From Alphaproteobacteria bacterium (GTDB lineage: Bacteria > Pseudomonadota > Alphaproteobacteria > Caulobacterales > Parvularculaceae): 64,000 bases of DNA. A program made the position numbers and the translations under genes. Shown piece by piece: positions 8,444 through 18,359 of this stretch. How positions within the stretch are numbered: position 1 is the stretch's first letter; each line of letters starts with the position of its first letter. Below the pieces are notes generated by a model. It made no database searches and was not told the DNA's origin. It saw only the letters and a program-made list of their open reading frames with translations. The DNA is taken from the NCBI GenBank assembly GCA_016125455.1, contig WGLS01000027.1:9954-73953 (forward strand), read 5' to 3'.

Positions 8444-8997
8444 CACATCCACCCTAGTTCGAGTTTCGCTTCATCGCTCATGCGGTCCGGCGTCCAGGGC
8501 GGCTCGAACACCATGTTCACCTTCACGTCGTCGACGCCGTCGACGCCGCGCACTGCGCCCTCCACCCAGCCGGGCATTTCGCCAGCGACGGGACAGCCGG
8601 GCGCCGTCAGGGTCATGTCGACAGTGAGCAGGCGGTCGTCTGAAAGATCGACCTTGTAGATCAGCCCGAGCTCATAAATATCGACCGGAATTTCCGGGTC
8701 ATAAACTGACTTCAGGCCTTTCACGACATCTGCGGTGATGCGGTCGAGTTCGGCCTGCGGGATCGCGCCTTCGTCCGTCTTTGCAGATGCATCAGCGCCG
8801 CCGTCAGCCGCTTCTTGGGCCGCGTGCGAGACAGGCGCGGCCGCGTCATCAAGCGCAGGAGACGTTAACGCGCCGGTCGCCAGGCCGTTTGCGCCGGACG
8901 GCGGCGTTGCAGCGGCGGCGTCGAGGCGCGCGGGGGCTCGCTCCGTTCGTCCGAGATCGATTACGTCACGCACTTTTTCCATGAACCGTTCCAGCAT
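8443..8997 (-). CDS. SUF-system Fe-S assembly protein, DUF59/MIP18 (SufT-like), with Ala-rich N-terminal extension
   Basis: VYDPEIPVDIYELGLIYKV...DMTLTAPGCPVAGEMP...VNMVFEPPWTPDRMSDEAK. Start trimmed to the ATG at 8997, just after the sufS stop. Confidence 0.8.
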   Translation of the reverse strand: MLERFMEKVRDVIDLGRTERAPARLDAAAATPPSGANGLATGALTSPALDDAAAPVSHAAQEAADGGADASAKTDEGAIPQAELDRITADVVKGLKSVYDPEIPVDIYELGLIYKVDLSDDRLLTVDMTLTAPGCPVAGEMPGWVEGAVRGVDGVDDVKVNMVFEPPWTPDRMSDEAKLELGWM

Positions 8998-9001
8998 CCT
9001 G

Positions 9002-10249
9002 TCACCCGAGAAGATCGTGGGTCTTTTGCAGTCCTTCAACCAGCGCAGCGACGTCGTCTTCGCTGTTGTAGGCGCCGAACGACGCCCGACACGTCGCCGT
9101 CACGCCAAGTCGCTTCATCAGGGGCTGGGCGCAATGGTGACCAGCCCGGATTGCAACGCCCGCGCGATCGACGATTGATGAAACGTCATGGGGGTGCGCG
9201 CCGGCGACATTGAAGCAGATTATTGGGGCCTTGTTCGCTGCACGGCCATAGATCGTCACGAAGTCGAGAGCGCCAAGCTCGACCAGAGCTTTCTCCGCCA
9301 GGATCGCCTCATGGGCAGCGATCGCTTCAACGCCGACGTTCATCATCCACTCAACCGCTGCGCCGAAACCGATCGCCTCGACAATCGGCGGCGTGCCGGC
9401 TTCGAACCGGTGCGGCGGATCATTGTACGTTACCCTGTCCTTTTCGACGATGTCGATCATCTCGCCGCCGCCGCGAAAAGGCGGCATGGCCGCGAGGGCG
9501 TCACTCTTGCCGTAGAGCGCGCCGACCCCGGAGGGGCCATAGAGCTTGTGCGCCGTCAAAACGTAAAAATCGGCGTCAATCGCCTGCACGTCGATCTTGC
9601 CGTGCACGCCTGCCTGGCAGCCGTCAAACAGGATTTTCGCGCCGTGCGCATGGGCGATTCGGGCAAGTTCCCTTGCGTCCGTTGGCGCGCCCATGACGTT
9701 CGACATGTGCGTGACGGCGGCGAGCTTCGTGCGCGGCGAAAACGCCGCTTCAAACGCATCCGGGTCAATGAGGCCGTCATCCGTGGCGTCAATCCACCTC
9801 AGGACGACACCCATCCGTTCACGGAGAATATGCCAGGGCACGATATTTGAATGGTGTTCCATCACCGACAGCACAATCTCGTCGCCCGGACCAATGCCGG
9901 CGGCGCCAAGCGAATAGGCGACAAGGTTGAACGCGTCGGTGCCGCCGGACGTGAAGACAATCTCGTCCGGGCTTGGCGCATTAACGAACCGCGCAACGGA
10001 CCGGCGCGCCTCTTCGAACGCCGCCGTCGCCTCGTTCGACAGGCAATGCAGCCCACGGTGCACATTTGCATAGGATCGCGTCATCGCGTCCGTCATGCGG
10101 TCGATCACGGCGCGGGGTTTCTGCGCGGACGCCGCATTGTCCAGATAGACAAGCGGCTTGCCGTAAACCCGCCGCCGCAGGATCGGAAACTGTTCCCTGA
10201 TCGCGTCCACATCGTACGCTGGCGAAGCATTCATTGCAGCCGCGTTCAT
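9002..10249 (-). CDS. sufS: Cysteine desulfurase SufS (class V aminotransferase, group II)
   Basis: YLDNAASAQKP...ANVHRGLH...TAHKLYGPSGVGALYGK...RAGHHCAQPL. The ATG at 10249 overlaps the sufD stop (ATGA). Confidence 0.9.
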   Translation of the reverse strand: MNAAAMNASPAYDVDAIREQFPILRRRVYGKPLVYLDNAASAQKPRAVIDRMTDAMTRSYANVHRGLHCLSNEATAAFEEARRSVARFVNAPSPDEIVFTSGGTDAFNLVAYSLGAAGIGPGDEIVLSVMEHHSNIVPWHILRERMGVVLRWIDATDDGLIDPDAFEAAFSPRTKLAAVTHMSNVMGAPTDARELARIAHAHGAKILFDGCQAGVHGKIDVQAIDADFYVLTAHKLYGPSGVGALYGKSDALAAMPPFRGGGEMIDIVEKDRVTYNDPPHRFEAGTPPIVEAIGFGAAVEWMMNVGVEAIAAHEAILAEKALVELGALDFVTIYGRAANKAPIICFNVAGAHPHDVSSIVDRAGVAIRAGHHCAQPLMKRLGVTATCRASFGAYNSEDDVAALVEGLQKTHDLLG

Positions 10250-11466
10250 GCCGTCCTCTCGCGAAGCCACTCGCCGACGAGCTCCGCCGCCGCCGGCCGG
10301 GCGGCCGCGTCCATATCGCCGATCAATTCCCCAACAAACGCCTCAATCAACAGCGCCCTCGCCGCCCCCTCGTCGAGGCCGCGCTGGCGCAGATAGAACA
10401 GCGCGTCGTCGTCAAGCGCGCCCGATGTCGATCCGTGAGCGCATTGAACGTCATCGGCGTAGATTTCCAGCTCAGGTTTGTGATTCGCCTGCGCTCGATC
10501 AGACAACAGAAGCGCATTCGCCTGCATTTCCGCGTCAGTTTTCTGTGCGCTTCGACCGACAAGAAACTTGCCCTGGAACACGGCGCGACCGTTGCCGTCG
10601 ACGACGCCCTTGTGCCGCTGGCGCGTTATGGCGCGCGCCTCGTCATGCGCGACGTGGCTCGTAAAGTCGGCGTGCCTGTCGCGATCGACCAACGCGACGG
10701 AATCGATGCGCACCCTTGCGTCCTCATCAACCAGCCAGGGAACAGTCTCGTGTCGCGCAAACCTCCCGCCCAACGACACCGACGACTGCTCGAATGCGCC
10801 GCCGACGCCAATGATCGCCCCGAAACTGCTGTGCAGCACGACCGACTGCTCAGTCGACTGCAACATCGTCCGCGCAATCGACGCGTTCTTGCCTGTTCGC
10901 GCAATCGCCGCATGGGAAACAAACGGCGCGCGCCCCTCGAAGGTCTCGATGACATTCAGGGTCGCGCAATTCCCGACCCGCATTGCAATGGACACAAAGA
11001 CGTCCTCGCGGCTGTCAAATATGTGCCGCAACCAGACAGCCCCGGCCGCGCCGTCGATCATTTCCACACGGATCTGTCGAACCGCCGCAGCGGTGTTGAG
11101 GTCGACAAGGCCCGAAAACCGGTCCCGCCAGTCGCATGGGTCGAGCGTATCATCCCACTCGTCCACTTCGACGACGCCAAGCGCCGCCGCAGCCTGCGCA
11201 TCCGCAATCCGGCCATTCACGATATTGACGCTCGGCGCGCCGATCTGGTCGAAGGCCGCTGAGCGCCCGGACGAAGCGGCGCCATTCGCCGCGCGCAGCG
11301 CCGCCGGCAGGTCGGACCATCGCCAACCCTCCACTCGACGATGCGGCGGGCCAACCTTCGAAAATCGCGCGAATGCCGCGCGTTTTTCATCGTTCGCCGG
11401 CAGGCTCTCAGCCGCCGGACGAAACCGCTCCACCAGATCATCGGCTATTTTTTGGTACACGGACAT
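10246..11466 (-). CDS. sufD: Fe-S cluster assembly protein SufD
   Basis: Sits between sufC and sufS. C-terminal ELEIYADDVQCAHGSTSGALDDDALFYLRQRGLDEGAARALLIEAF is the SufB/D signature. Confidence 0.85.
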   Translation of the reverse strand: MSVYQKIADDLVERFRPAAESLPANDEKRAAFARFSKVGPPHRRVEGWRWSDLPAALRAANGAASSGRSAAFDQIGAPSVNIVNGRIADAQAAAALGVVEVDEWDDTLDPCDWRDRFSGLVDLNTAAAVRQIRVEMIDGAAGAVWLRHIFDSREDVFVSIAMRVGNCATLNVIETFEGRAPFVSHAAIARTGKNASIARTMLQSTEQSVVLHSSFGAIIGVGGAFEQSSVSLGGRFARHETVPWLVDEDARVRIDSVALVDRDRHADFTSHVAHDEARAITRQRHKGVVDGNGRAVFQGKFLVGRSAQKTDAEMQANALLLSDRAQANHKPELEIYADDVQCAHGSTSGALDDDALFYLRQRGLDEGAARALLIEAFVGELIGDMDAAARPAAAELVGEWLRERTA

Positions 11467-11472
11467 TATCGC

Positions 11473-12231
11473 TTACGCCGCCTCGATAAACTGGTCGTAC
11501 CCGGACGCCTCGAGCTCCGCGGCAAGCTCAGGCCCGCCTGACTTAACGATCCGTCCGCCGGCGAGCACATGCACGCGATCCGGCCGGATATGCTCCAGCA
11601 AGCGCTGGTAGTGGGTAATGACCAAAAAGCCGCGCGATCCGTCGCGCAGGGCGTTGACCACTTCGCCGACCATTTTCAGCGCATCAATGTCAAGACCGGA
11701 GTCGGTCTCGTCCATTATGCAGAAGCGCGGCTCGAAAGTGGCCATCTGCAACATTTCCATGCGCTTTTTTTCGCCGCCCGAAAAGCCGACGTTGAACGGA
11801 CGCTTCAGCTTTTCATCGGAAAGGCCGACCAGCTTCGCCTTCCCGCGGATCGCCTTGAGAAAGTCAGCGGCAGAGATCTCGCCTTCACCCCGCGCCTTTT
11901 TCTGCGCATTCAGCGCGGTGCGGATGAAGTTCATCGTCGCAACGCCCGGAATCTCCATCGGGTTCTGGAAGGACAGGAAGATTCCTTTCGCGGCGCGTTC
12001 TTCCGGCGCGAGCCCGAGCAGGTCCTCGCCGTCAAACGTCACCGTGCCGCTCGTCACCGTATAGTCCTCCCGGCCGGCAATGACATGAGAGAGCGTCGAC
12101 TTGCCGGAGCCGTTCGGGCCCATGATGACGTGCACCTCTCCGGCGGGCGCGTCGAGCGTAACGCCCTTCAGGATGTCCGCGCCGCCATCCTCGCCTGAAA
12201 CCGACGCGTGGAGGTTCTGAATCTTCAGCAT
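11473..12231 (-). CDS. sufC: Fe-S cluster assembly ATPase SufC
   Basis: MLKIQNLHASV...GPNGSGKSTL...FSGGEKKRMEMLQ...CIMDETDSGLDIDAL. Start trimmed to the ATG at 12231, 2 nt after the RidA stop. Confidence 0.95.
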   Translation of the reverse strand: MLKIQNLHASVSGEDGGADILKGVTLDAPAGEVHVIMGPNGSGKSTLSHVIAGREDYTVTSGTVTFDGEDLLGLAPEERAAKGIFLSFQNPMEIPGVATMNFIRTALNAQKKARGEGEISAADFLKAIRGKAKLVGLSDEKLKRPFNVGFSGGEKKRMEMLQMATFEPRFCIMDETDSGLDIDALKMVGEVVNALRDGSRGFLVITHYQRLLEHIRPDRVHVLAGGRIVKSGGPELAAELEASGYDQFIEAA

Positions 12232-12233
12232 GC

Positions 12234-12722
12234 CTATTCTTCCTTCGCTCGCCTGACAGCGAGGCATTCGATCTCGAGCGCCGCGCCGAGCGCGAGCCCG
12301 TCGACGCCGAATGTCGAGCGGGCCGGCTTCTCATTTGGGAAAAACGTCACATAGGCGGCGTTCATTTCAGAGAACTTCGCCATGTCGTCGAGAAACACCG
12401 TGCACTTTACGATGTCGTCGAGGCTCGCGCCGTGACGTGCGAGCGTCGCCTTGTAGTTCTCGAAAATCTGCCGCGTTTCGGCGCCGACGCCGCCTTCGAC
12501 GAGCCTGGTCGTGCCGGGCTCGCGACCAATCTCGCCAGAAAGAAAAATCATGTCGCCGACGATGACCGCCGATGAAAACGGCAAATTGCCGAGCGACGGA
12601 TCGCGATCGTAAGCGCGCGGCGCCGGTTCAGCCCCCGTCCCGGCCCAAGCCCCCGCGATCCCGAAGGCGGTCGCCGCGAGGATAGCGCAAAGCCCCCGCC
12701 GGTGCATTTCCAGGATTTTCAT
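12234..12722 (-). CDS. RidA/YjgF/Endoribonuclease L-PSP family protein with predicted signal peptide
   Basis: N-terminus [27 protein letters not shown], then GDMIFLSGEIG...IVKCTVFLDDMAKFSEMNAAY...PARSTFGV..LALGAALEIECLA. The ATG overlaps the cupin stop (ATGA). Confidence 0.8.
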   Translation of the reverse strand: MKILEMHRRGLCAILAATAFGIAGAWAGTGAEPAPRAYDRDPSLGNLPFSSAVIVGDMIFLSGEIGREPGTTRLVEGGVGAETRQIFENYKATLARHGASLDDIVKCTVFLDDMAKFSEMNAAYVTFFPNEKPARSTFGVDGLALGAALEIECLAVRRAKEE

Positions 12723-13171
12723 TGCCTCGCCCCTTTTGGTTCTATGATGACGTAGCTCGTCGTTGTCGCGCCGATATTGACAGCCTCGTGCCAGTTAACG
12801 CCGTCGGACGACCAGCTCGCGCCGGCAGGCGTCTCCTGTTCCCGCACGCCCGTTTCGTCCGTGATGCGCATGACGCCGCCTTCGATAATGTAGCCGACGT
12901 GGGGCGGATGATAGTGCCGCTCATGCCCCTCGCCGGGCGCGAAGACGCATTTGAACATGCGCATCTCCTCCGTGCCCTGAAGGAGCTCGCAAGTCTTCTC
13001 GCCGTTCCATCCGGCGTCGAGAGCATGCGGCAGTATTTCCACGTCGTCGGGCTCCGCGTAGCGGATGGCGCCGCCAAACGTCGCGACGGCATCGCCATTC
13101 CCGGCGACGGATCCGGGCGGTTGCGCGACCTGAGCGAGAATACCTGCTGCGCCGGCGAGCATCAAAATCAC
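12719..13171 (-). CDS. Cupin-domain protein with hydrophobic N-terminus
   Basis: [23 protein letters not shown]...[19 protein letters not shown] is a cupin His cluster. The GTG start overlaps the sufB stop (GTGA); an alternative ATG lies at 13162. Confidence 0.7.
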   Translation of the reverse strand: MILMLAGAAGILAQVAQPPGSVAGNGDAVATFGGAIRYAEPDDVEILPHALDAGWNGEKTCELLQGTEEMRMFKCVFAPGEGHERHYHPPHVGYIIEGGVMRITDETGVREQETPAGASWSSDGVNWHEAVNIGATTTSYVIIEPKGARQ

Positions 13172-14691
13172 CCGACGCTCCCTTCAAGGCTCACCGCGAC
13201 GAGCTTCTGCGCTTCGACGGCGAACTCCATCGGCAGCTCCTGAAGGACTTCCTTGCAGAAACCATTGACGAGAAGCGCGACGGCCGCCTCCTCATCGAGC
13301 CCGCGCTGGCGACAATAGAATAGCTGGTCCTCCGAAAGGCGCGATGTCGTCGCTTCGTGCTCGAGGACCGCGCCTGGGTTCGCGCTCTCGATATAGGGCA
13401 CGGTATGGGCGCCGCACTCGCTCCCGATCAGCAATGAATCGCACTGCGTGAAATTCCGCGCGCCCGTCGCGTTGCGATGCACGCTGACAAGCCCGCGATA
13501 GGTCGAGTTTGACTTCCCCGCAGAGATGCCCTTGGCGATGATGCGGGACTTCGTGTTCTTGCCAAGATGAATCATCTTGGTGCCAGTATCCGCCTGCTGA
13601 TGATTATTGGTTATGGCGATTGAGTAGAACTCGCCCTGCGACCCCTCGCCTTTGAGCACGCATGACGGATACTTCCACGTGACGGCCGAACCGGTCTCGA
13701 CCTGCGTCCATGAAACTTTCGAATTGCGGCCGCGGCAGTCCGCCCGCTTGGTCACAAAATTGTAGATCCCGCCCTTGCCGTTCTTGTCGCCGGGGTACCA
13801 GTTCTGGACGGTCGAGTACTTAATCTCCGCCTCGTCCTCGACGACGAGCTCAACCACCGCCGCATGCAGCTGGTTCTCGTCTCGCATCGGCGCGGTGCAA
13901 CCTTCGAGGTAGGAAACGTACGCGCCCGGCGCCGCGACGATCAGCGTTCGTTCGAACTGGCCGGTGTTCGCCTCGTTGATCCTGAAATACGTCGACAGCT
14001 CCATCGGGCAGCGCACTCCCGCCGGCACGTAAACGAACGTGCCATCGGAGAAAACAGCTGAATTCAGCGTCGCAAAGAAATTATCCGATGACGGGACGAC
14101 GCTGCCGAGATACTTCCTGACCAGTTCGGGATGTTCTCGCACCGCCTCCGAAATTGACATGAAGATGACGCCCGACTTTTCGAGCTCCTTCTTGAACGTC
14201 GTCGCCACAGAGACGCTGTCGAACACGGCGTCGACGGCCACCTTTGACCGATCGGCGTTTCGCCCTTCGGCGGCGGAATCGGCTGCGCCCTTGACGCCGA
14301 GCAGCACCTCCGCCTCGCGCAACGGTATGCCGAGCTTTTCGAAATCGGCGAGAATCTCCGGCGGCACGTCATCGATCGACTCGTACTTCGCGCCCGCCTT
14401 GGGTTCCGAATAATAATAGTGATCCTGATAATCGATGCTTGGATAATGCACCATCGCCCAGGTCGGCTCGTCCATTGTCAGCCATCGGCGAAACGCCGCC
14501 AGCCGCCATTCGAGCAGCCACTCCGGTTCGCCCTTCTTGGCGGAAATGAAGCGGACGGTATCTTCGTTGAGGCCTTTCGGGGCCTTGACGGACTCAATGT
14601 CGGTGGTGAAGCCGTATTTGTACGTCTCAAGCGAGCGGGCCGCATCCACGGTCGCCTGATCGATGCCTTGCTTGTAGGCGGTCTCTGACAT
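13168..14691 (-). CDS. sufB: Fe-S cluster assembly scaffold SufB
   Basis: Highly conserved SufB sequence ([11 protein letters not shown]...[20 protein letters not shown]...[16 protein letters not shown]...[11 protein letters not shown]). Start trimmed to the ATG at 14691, preceded by GGAAGG. Confidence 0.95.
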   Translation of the reverse strand: MSETAYKQGIDQATVDAARSLETYKYGFTTDIESVKAPKGLNEDTVRFISAKKGEPEWLLEWRLAAFRRWLTMDEPTWAMVHYPSIDYQDHYYYSEPKAGAKYESIDDVPPEILADFEKLGIPLREAEVLLGVKGAADSAAEGRNADRSKVAVDAVFDSVSVATTFKKELEKSGVIFMSISEAVREHPELVRKYLGSVVPSSDNFFATLNSAVFSDGTFVYVPAGVRCPMELSTYFRINEANTGQFERTLIVAAPGAYVSYLEGCTAPMRDENQLHAAVVELVVEDEAEIKYSTVQNWYPGDKNGKGGIYNFVTKRADCRGRNSKVSWTQVETGSAVTWKYPSCVLKGEGSQGEFYSIAITNNHQQADTGTKMIHLGKNTKSRIIAKGISAGKSNSTYRGLVSVHRNATGARNFTQCDSLLIGSECGAHTVPYIESANPGAVLEHEATTSRLSEDQLFYCRQRGLDEEAAVALLVNGFCKEVLQELPMEFAVEAQKLVAVSLEGSVG

Positions 14692-14724
14692 ATCGCCTTC
14701 CAATCCTGGTGAACGTCCTGGGCC

Positions 14725-15852
14725 TTACGCCGCCTGGCTTTTGGCCCGCTCATACGCCGCCGGCCATTCGCGGCAGAACGCATCCGCATCTTCTTCGGTC
14801 GACGACCAGCCGAGGGAAATCCGTACGCCACATTTCGCTTCGGCCTCGTCGCAGCCCATTGCGCCCAGCACGTGGCTTGGCTTGGCCTTTCCCGACGAGC
14901 AGGCCGATCCGGACGAGATCGCGATGCCGGCGAGGTCCATCGCCATCAACTGGGTTTCGCCAGTGAACCCCGGCGCGGTAAGGCAAAGCGTCCCGGGCAG
15001 CCGGTCGACCTCCGCGCCCCACGCCCGCGCGCCGGCTGCGACCGCAGCCGCCTGCATCCTGTCCCGCAAGGTCGCAATCTCGCGCGCCCGTTCAAGCGAC
15101 CGCGCTGCGAGGTCGCAGGCAACGCCAAGGCCGACAATCGCCGGCACGTTGTGCGTGCCGGCCCGGCGGTTCATTTCGTGGCCGCCCCCGCGCATCACGG
15201 GCGCAAGCGGCAGGTTCGGACCTACGATGAGCGCGCCGACGCCGACCGGACCGCCGAACTTGTGGCCCGTCATCGCCATGAAGTCCGCGCCCAACATGAC
15301 GTAGTTCGTCGGGATCTTGCCGACCGCCTGCGCCGCATCGACGAAGACAAAGCCGCCGGCGTCGTGGACGATGTCCGCCGCTTCGCGCACCGGCTGTATG
15401 GCCCCTGTCTCGTTGTTGGCGAGCATCAGGCAAAACAGGAACGGCTCTGTTTCCTTTGCAGCCATCGATTTCAGCGCTTCCAGGTCGACGAGCCCGTTCG
15501 GCCGTGCCGGGACCTTTTCGACGGGCAACCCGGTCGTTGACGCGTTCGCCGGCACCGCCGCATGCTCGATTGTCGATACAAAGATCTTTTTTACCGCGCC
15601 ATTGAGGGCGGCGCCGTGGAGCGCGTAATGGATCGCCTCGGTGCCGCCGCTTGTAAAGATCACGCCGTTCACCGGGGCGTTGACCAGCCGCCGCACCTTT
15701 TCCCGAGCGTCTTCAACCCGGGCGCGGGCGGCGCGTCCTTCTTCGTGTACGGAGGATGAATTTCCGTCGTATCGCATTGCATCGGCCACGGCCTCGACGA
15801 CTTCGGGTCGGACCGGCGAAGTTGCATTGTGATCAAGATAGTGTCGCGTCAT
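14725..15852 (-). CDS. Cysteine desulfurase, NifS/IscS-like (class V aminotransferase, group I)
   Basis: YLDHNATSP...FTSGGTEA...MTGHKFGGPVGVGAL...SSGSACSSG (active-site Cys loop). Confidence 0.9.
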   Translation of the reverse strand: MTRHYLDHNATSPVRPEVVEAVADAMRYDGNSSSVHEEGRAARARVEDAREKVRRLVNAPVNGVIFTSGGTEAIHYALHGAALNGAVKKIFVSTIEHAAVPANASTTGLPVEKVPARPNGLVDLEALKSMAAKETEPFLFCLMLANNETGAIQPVREAADIVHDAGGFVFVDAAQAVGKIPTNYVMLGADFMAMTGHKFGGPVGVGALIVGPNLPLAPVMRGGGHEMNRRAGTHNVPAIVGLGVACDLAARSLERAREIATLRDRMQAAAVAAGARAWGAEVDRLPGTLCLTAPGFTGETQLMAMDLAGIAISSGSACSSGKAKPSHVLGAMGCDEAEAKCGVRISLGWSSTEEDADAFCREWPAAYERAKSQAA

Positions 15853-15948
15853 TTCCGTTCAGTATGCCCCGTCTTATTTCGTTTCAGTCGGCTCGGTTCG
15901 TTAGGCCTTTTTTGGCTCTGCGACGCTGCGTCGTCGACGTCCAAGGCT

Positions 15949-16425
15949 TCAGTCGGCGAGCGCAGCAAGCGACTTTCCTTCCGTTACCGGACGGTTTACC
16001 GACGCCGATCCCAGTACGCGCCGCTCCACGACGTCCTCAAGGCTGATGGCGTTCAGGAAAATTTCGATCTGGCGGCCGAGCTCATCCCACAGATCGTGGG
16101 TGATGCACCGCGCCGACACGCCGCGACAACCGACCTCCGCGCCCGGAGCGCAGGCGGTCGTCTTGATTTCCTCGTCAACCGCCGCAACGACATCGGCGAT
16201 GCGAATGTCGCGCGGCGCCAGGGCAAGCGCATAGCCGCCGCCGGCCCCACGGACGGCGACGACCAGACCGGCGCGGCGAAGCTTGGACAGGATCTGGTCC
16301 AGGTAGTCCGGAGATATGCCCTGGCGCAGCGCTATTTCGTGGGCGGGCGTCGGCGACGCGCCGCCGAACGCGGCGATGTCCGCCATCGCCTGCACCGCAT
16401 ATCGTCCTCGCGTCGTGAGCTTCAT
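15949..16425 (-). CDS. Rrf2-family transcriptional regulator (IscR/SufR-like) heading the Fe-S cluster
   Basis: MKLTTRGRYAVQAMADIA...LSKLRRAGLVVAVRGAGGGYALA, with Cys cluster TTACAPGAEVGCRGVSARC. Start trimmed from 16581 to the ATG at 16425 (MKLTTRGRYA is the canonical Rrf2 N-terminus). Confidence 0.85.
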   Translation of the reverse strand: MKLTTRGRYAVQAMADIAAFGGASPTPAHEIALRQGISPDYLDQILSKLRRAGLVVAVRGAGGGYALALAPRDIRIADVVAAVDEEIKTTACAPGAEVGCRGVSARCITHDLWDELGRQIEIFLNAISLEDVVERRVLGSASVNRPVTEGKSLAALAD

Positions 16426-16651
16426 CGGACCTCGCCGCCATAGCGAATGTTGCTGAAATGGCACGGTCAGGGGAAACCCCGTCGCGCCCCGCTCAGGACG
16501 TGCTATCGCCCCGGCAACTGCATTTCCTGTCGATCTATGAAAACTGACCTTCCTAGTCAACTTTAATCGAACCGCCGCCACGGAACGCCTTGCACGTGGC
16601 GAAATCGCCGATTTGCTAGCTGACGTAGCTGGTCAGGAATGAGGTGTTGCA

Positions 16652-17323
16652 ATGCCAGAAGTCGTATTCGCCGGCCCGGAAGGCCGCCTTGAGGGCCACT
16701 ACCAGAAGGGCCGCGGCGACAACCCGCCGGTCGCTCTTGTCCTGCATCCGCATCCGCTGTTTGGCGGCACGATGAACAATCGCATCTGCTATGAGATGTA
16801 TAACCTCTTCGCGCGGCGCGGATTTTCCGTGATGCGGTTCAATTTCCGCGGCGTCGGGCGCAGCCAGGGCGAATACGACCAGGGACAGGGCGAACTCGCC
16901 GACGCCGCGACCGCGCTCGATTACGTCCAGCAGCTTAATCCGAACGCGCCGTTCGCCTGGGTCGGCGGGTTTTCATTCGGATCGTGGATCGGGATGCAGC
17001 TCCTGATGCGTCGGCCCGAGATCGTCGGGTTCATTTGCGCGTCGACGGCGGCAAACCTTTACGACTTCACGTTTCTGGCGCCGTGCCCGTCTTCCGGGGT
17101 GATTATTCACGGCGCTAACGACCGGATATGTCCGCCGGACGAAACCCGGCTGATGGTCGATCGCACCCGGACCCAGAAGGGGCGAAAAATCGAGTTCCAG
17201 ATCCTCGAGGGCGCGGATCATTTCATGGAAGGCAATGTCGATGGCTTTCTGGCGATGGCGGAAGCGTATCTCGAAGAACGCCTCGCCTATCCCGCGCCCG
17301 AAGGACCGCACATCCAGAGCTGA
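16652..17323 (+). CDS. Alpha/beta-fold hydrolase
   Basis: ALVLHPHPLFGGTMNN...FNFRGVGRSQG...VGGFSFGSWI (GxSxG-like nucleophile elbow)...HGANDRICP. Confidence 0.75.
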   Translation: MPEVVFAGPEGRLEGHYQKGRGDNPPVALVLHPHPLFGGTMNNRICYEMYNLFARRGFSVMRFNFRGVGRSQGEYDQGQGELADAATALDYVQQLNPNAPFAWVGGFSFGSWIGMQLLMRRPEIVGFICASTAANLYDFTFLAPCPSSGVIIHGANDRICPPDETRLMVDRTRTQKGRKIEFQILEGADHFMEGNVDGFLAMAEAYLEERLAYPAPEGPHIQS

Positions 17324-17368
17324 GCTCGCCCGGCATTGGCGCCGCGGGAGCGCCACTGGGAGATGGCG

Positions 17369-18316
17369 TCAGGCCGGCTCGACGACGAGGCGTCGATAGA
17401 TGATCGCCCCGAAAGCGGCCTGGGCGCCAAAGGCGAAAAACTGAAGGCCAGCCTGCGCCAAGGCCGAGATCGCGTTCAGCAAAACGCCGGCCCCGCCAAG
17501 CGTCTGGCCGACAAGGTCCAGAATGCCGAACGCCATGCCGAGGACGAGACTGAGCAGCCCCAGAGCTGCGCTGAGGAGTAGCAGCGCCGCTAGGATTGAC
17601 CACGCGTGGCCCCTTGTGACCCGGAAAGACTTCAGCGGAATGAGTCGATCTTCAACGGCAGTTCCTGCCGGAAATGGCGCTAGCTTGGTTGAGAGGTAGA
17701 GGCCGGGAACCACGGACAACAACGCCGTCGTCAGGAAAAGGCTGACAGAGGCGACGACGCCATCGACGATCTCCACCGGCGGCTGGCCGGCCGCGCCGCC
17801 CGCGGCGGCGGTCCACCGGATGAGCTTGAAATAGTTGCTGATCGCCTCGCCCACGCCGACCCCCGTAACCGACTGCGCGACAAGCGCCGCGACAACGGTC
17901 AAGACAAGGTTCAGCAGGATCATCATCGTGAAGGCGGCGGCGGTCCGGAAAGCCGGTCCGTCAAGCCTTACGTTGACAAACCTGCCGGCGTCCTCGCCGG
18001 TCGCCACAAGACGAAAAATATCCGTGTAGACGCCGCCCAGAACGATGCACCACAGCGCCGAAAGGACGAGGCCCGCGATGCCGACAATCCAGCCCGGCGC
18101 CCGCATGACCGACCAGGGGTCGCCGACGGCAACGCCATCCACAGCGCCCTCCGCCGCAACGCCCGCCGGGTCGAAAAGGACGCCTAATGCGCCGACAGTG
18201 ACCATCGAGGCGAACAGCATCGGCGCCCATGCGAAACGCAGGACCGCGGGCAGGCGTCGCCAGCCAAATTCTACGGCTTCAGCGACGACCGCGCCCGCCT
18301 TGATGCTAACAGACAT
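17369..18316 (-). CDS. Multi-pass membrane protein of unknown function (paralogue of next gene)
   Basis: 315-aa ORF with at least 6 hydrophobic helices. It shares local motifs with 18360-19640, for example IFRLVATGE..RFVNVRLDGPAFR versus LIRYAGLGE..GLVRAPFGPDQAR, and APFPAG..SFRVTRGHAWSILA versus APYAGL..LFGLSRGWNLFRLA. Confidence 0.6.
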   Translation of the reverse strand: MSVSIKAGAVVAEAVEFGWRRLPAVLRFAWAPMLFASMVTVGALGVLFDPAGVAAEGAVDGVAVGDPWSVMRAPGWIVGIAGLVLSALWCIVLGGVYTDIFRLVATGEDAGRFVNVRLDGPAFRTAAAFTMMILLNLVLTVVAALVAQSVTGVGVGEAISNYFKLIRWTAAAGGAAGQPPVEIVDGVVASVSLFLTTALLSVVPGLYLSTKLAPFPAGTAVEDRLIPLKSFRVTRGHAWSILAALLLLSAALGLLSLVLGMAFGILDLVGQTLGGAGVLLNAISALAQAGLQFFAFGAQAAFGAIIYRRLVVEPA

Positions 18317-18359
18317 CTAGAGTTCCTCCGGCGTCCTGTGGCCCGCGCGCCAGCGCGCC

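Noticed and set aside
9188-11611. Plus-strand ORFs antisense to sufS/sufD/sufC (9188-9850, 9851-10396, 10234-11262, 10568-11611)
   Set aside because: The minus-strand genes carry unmistakable Suf signatures, and the antisense translations are low-complexity.
16426-16651. Possible Rrf2/IscR operator (TGACCTTCCTAGTCA at ~16545-16560, and tagctgac/tagctggtca repeats near 16617-16640) in the divergent region upstream of the Fe-S cluster
   Set aside because: It has only loose resemblance to IscR-type sites, and I cannot score it without a matrix, so it is not reported as a feature.
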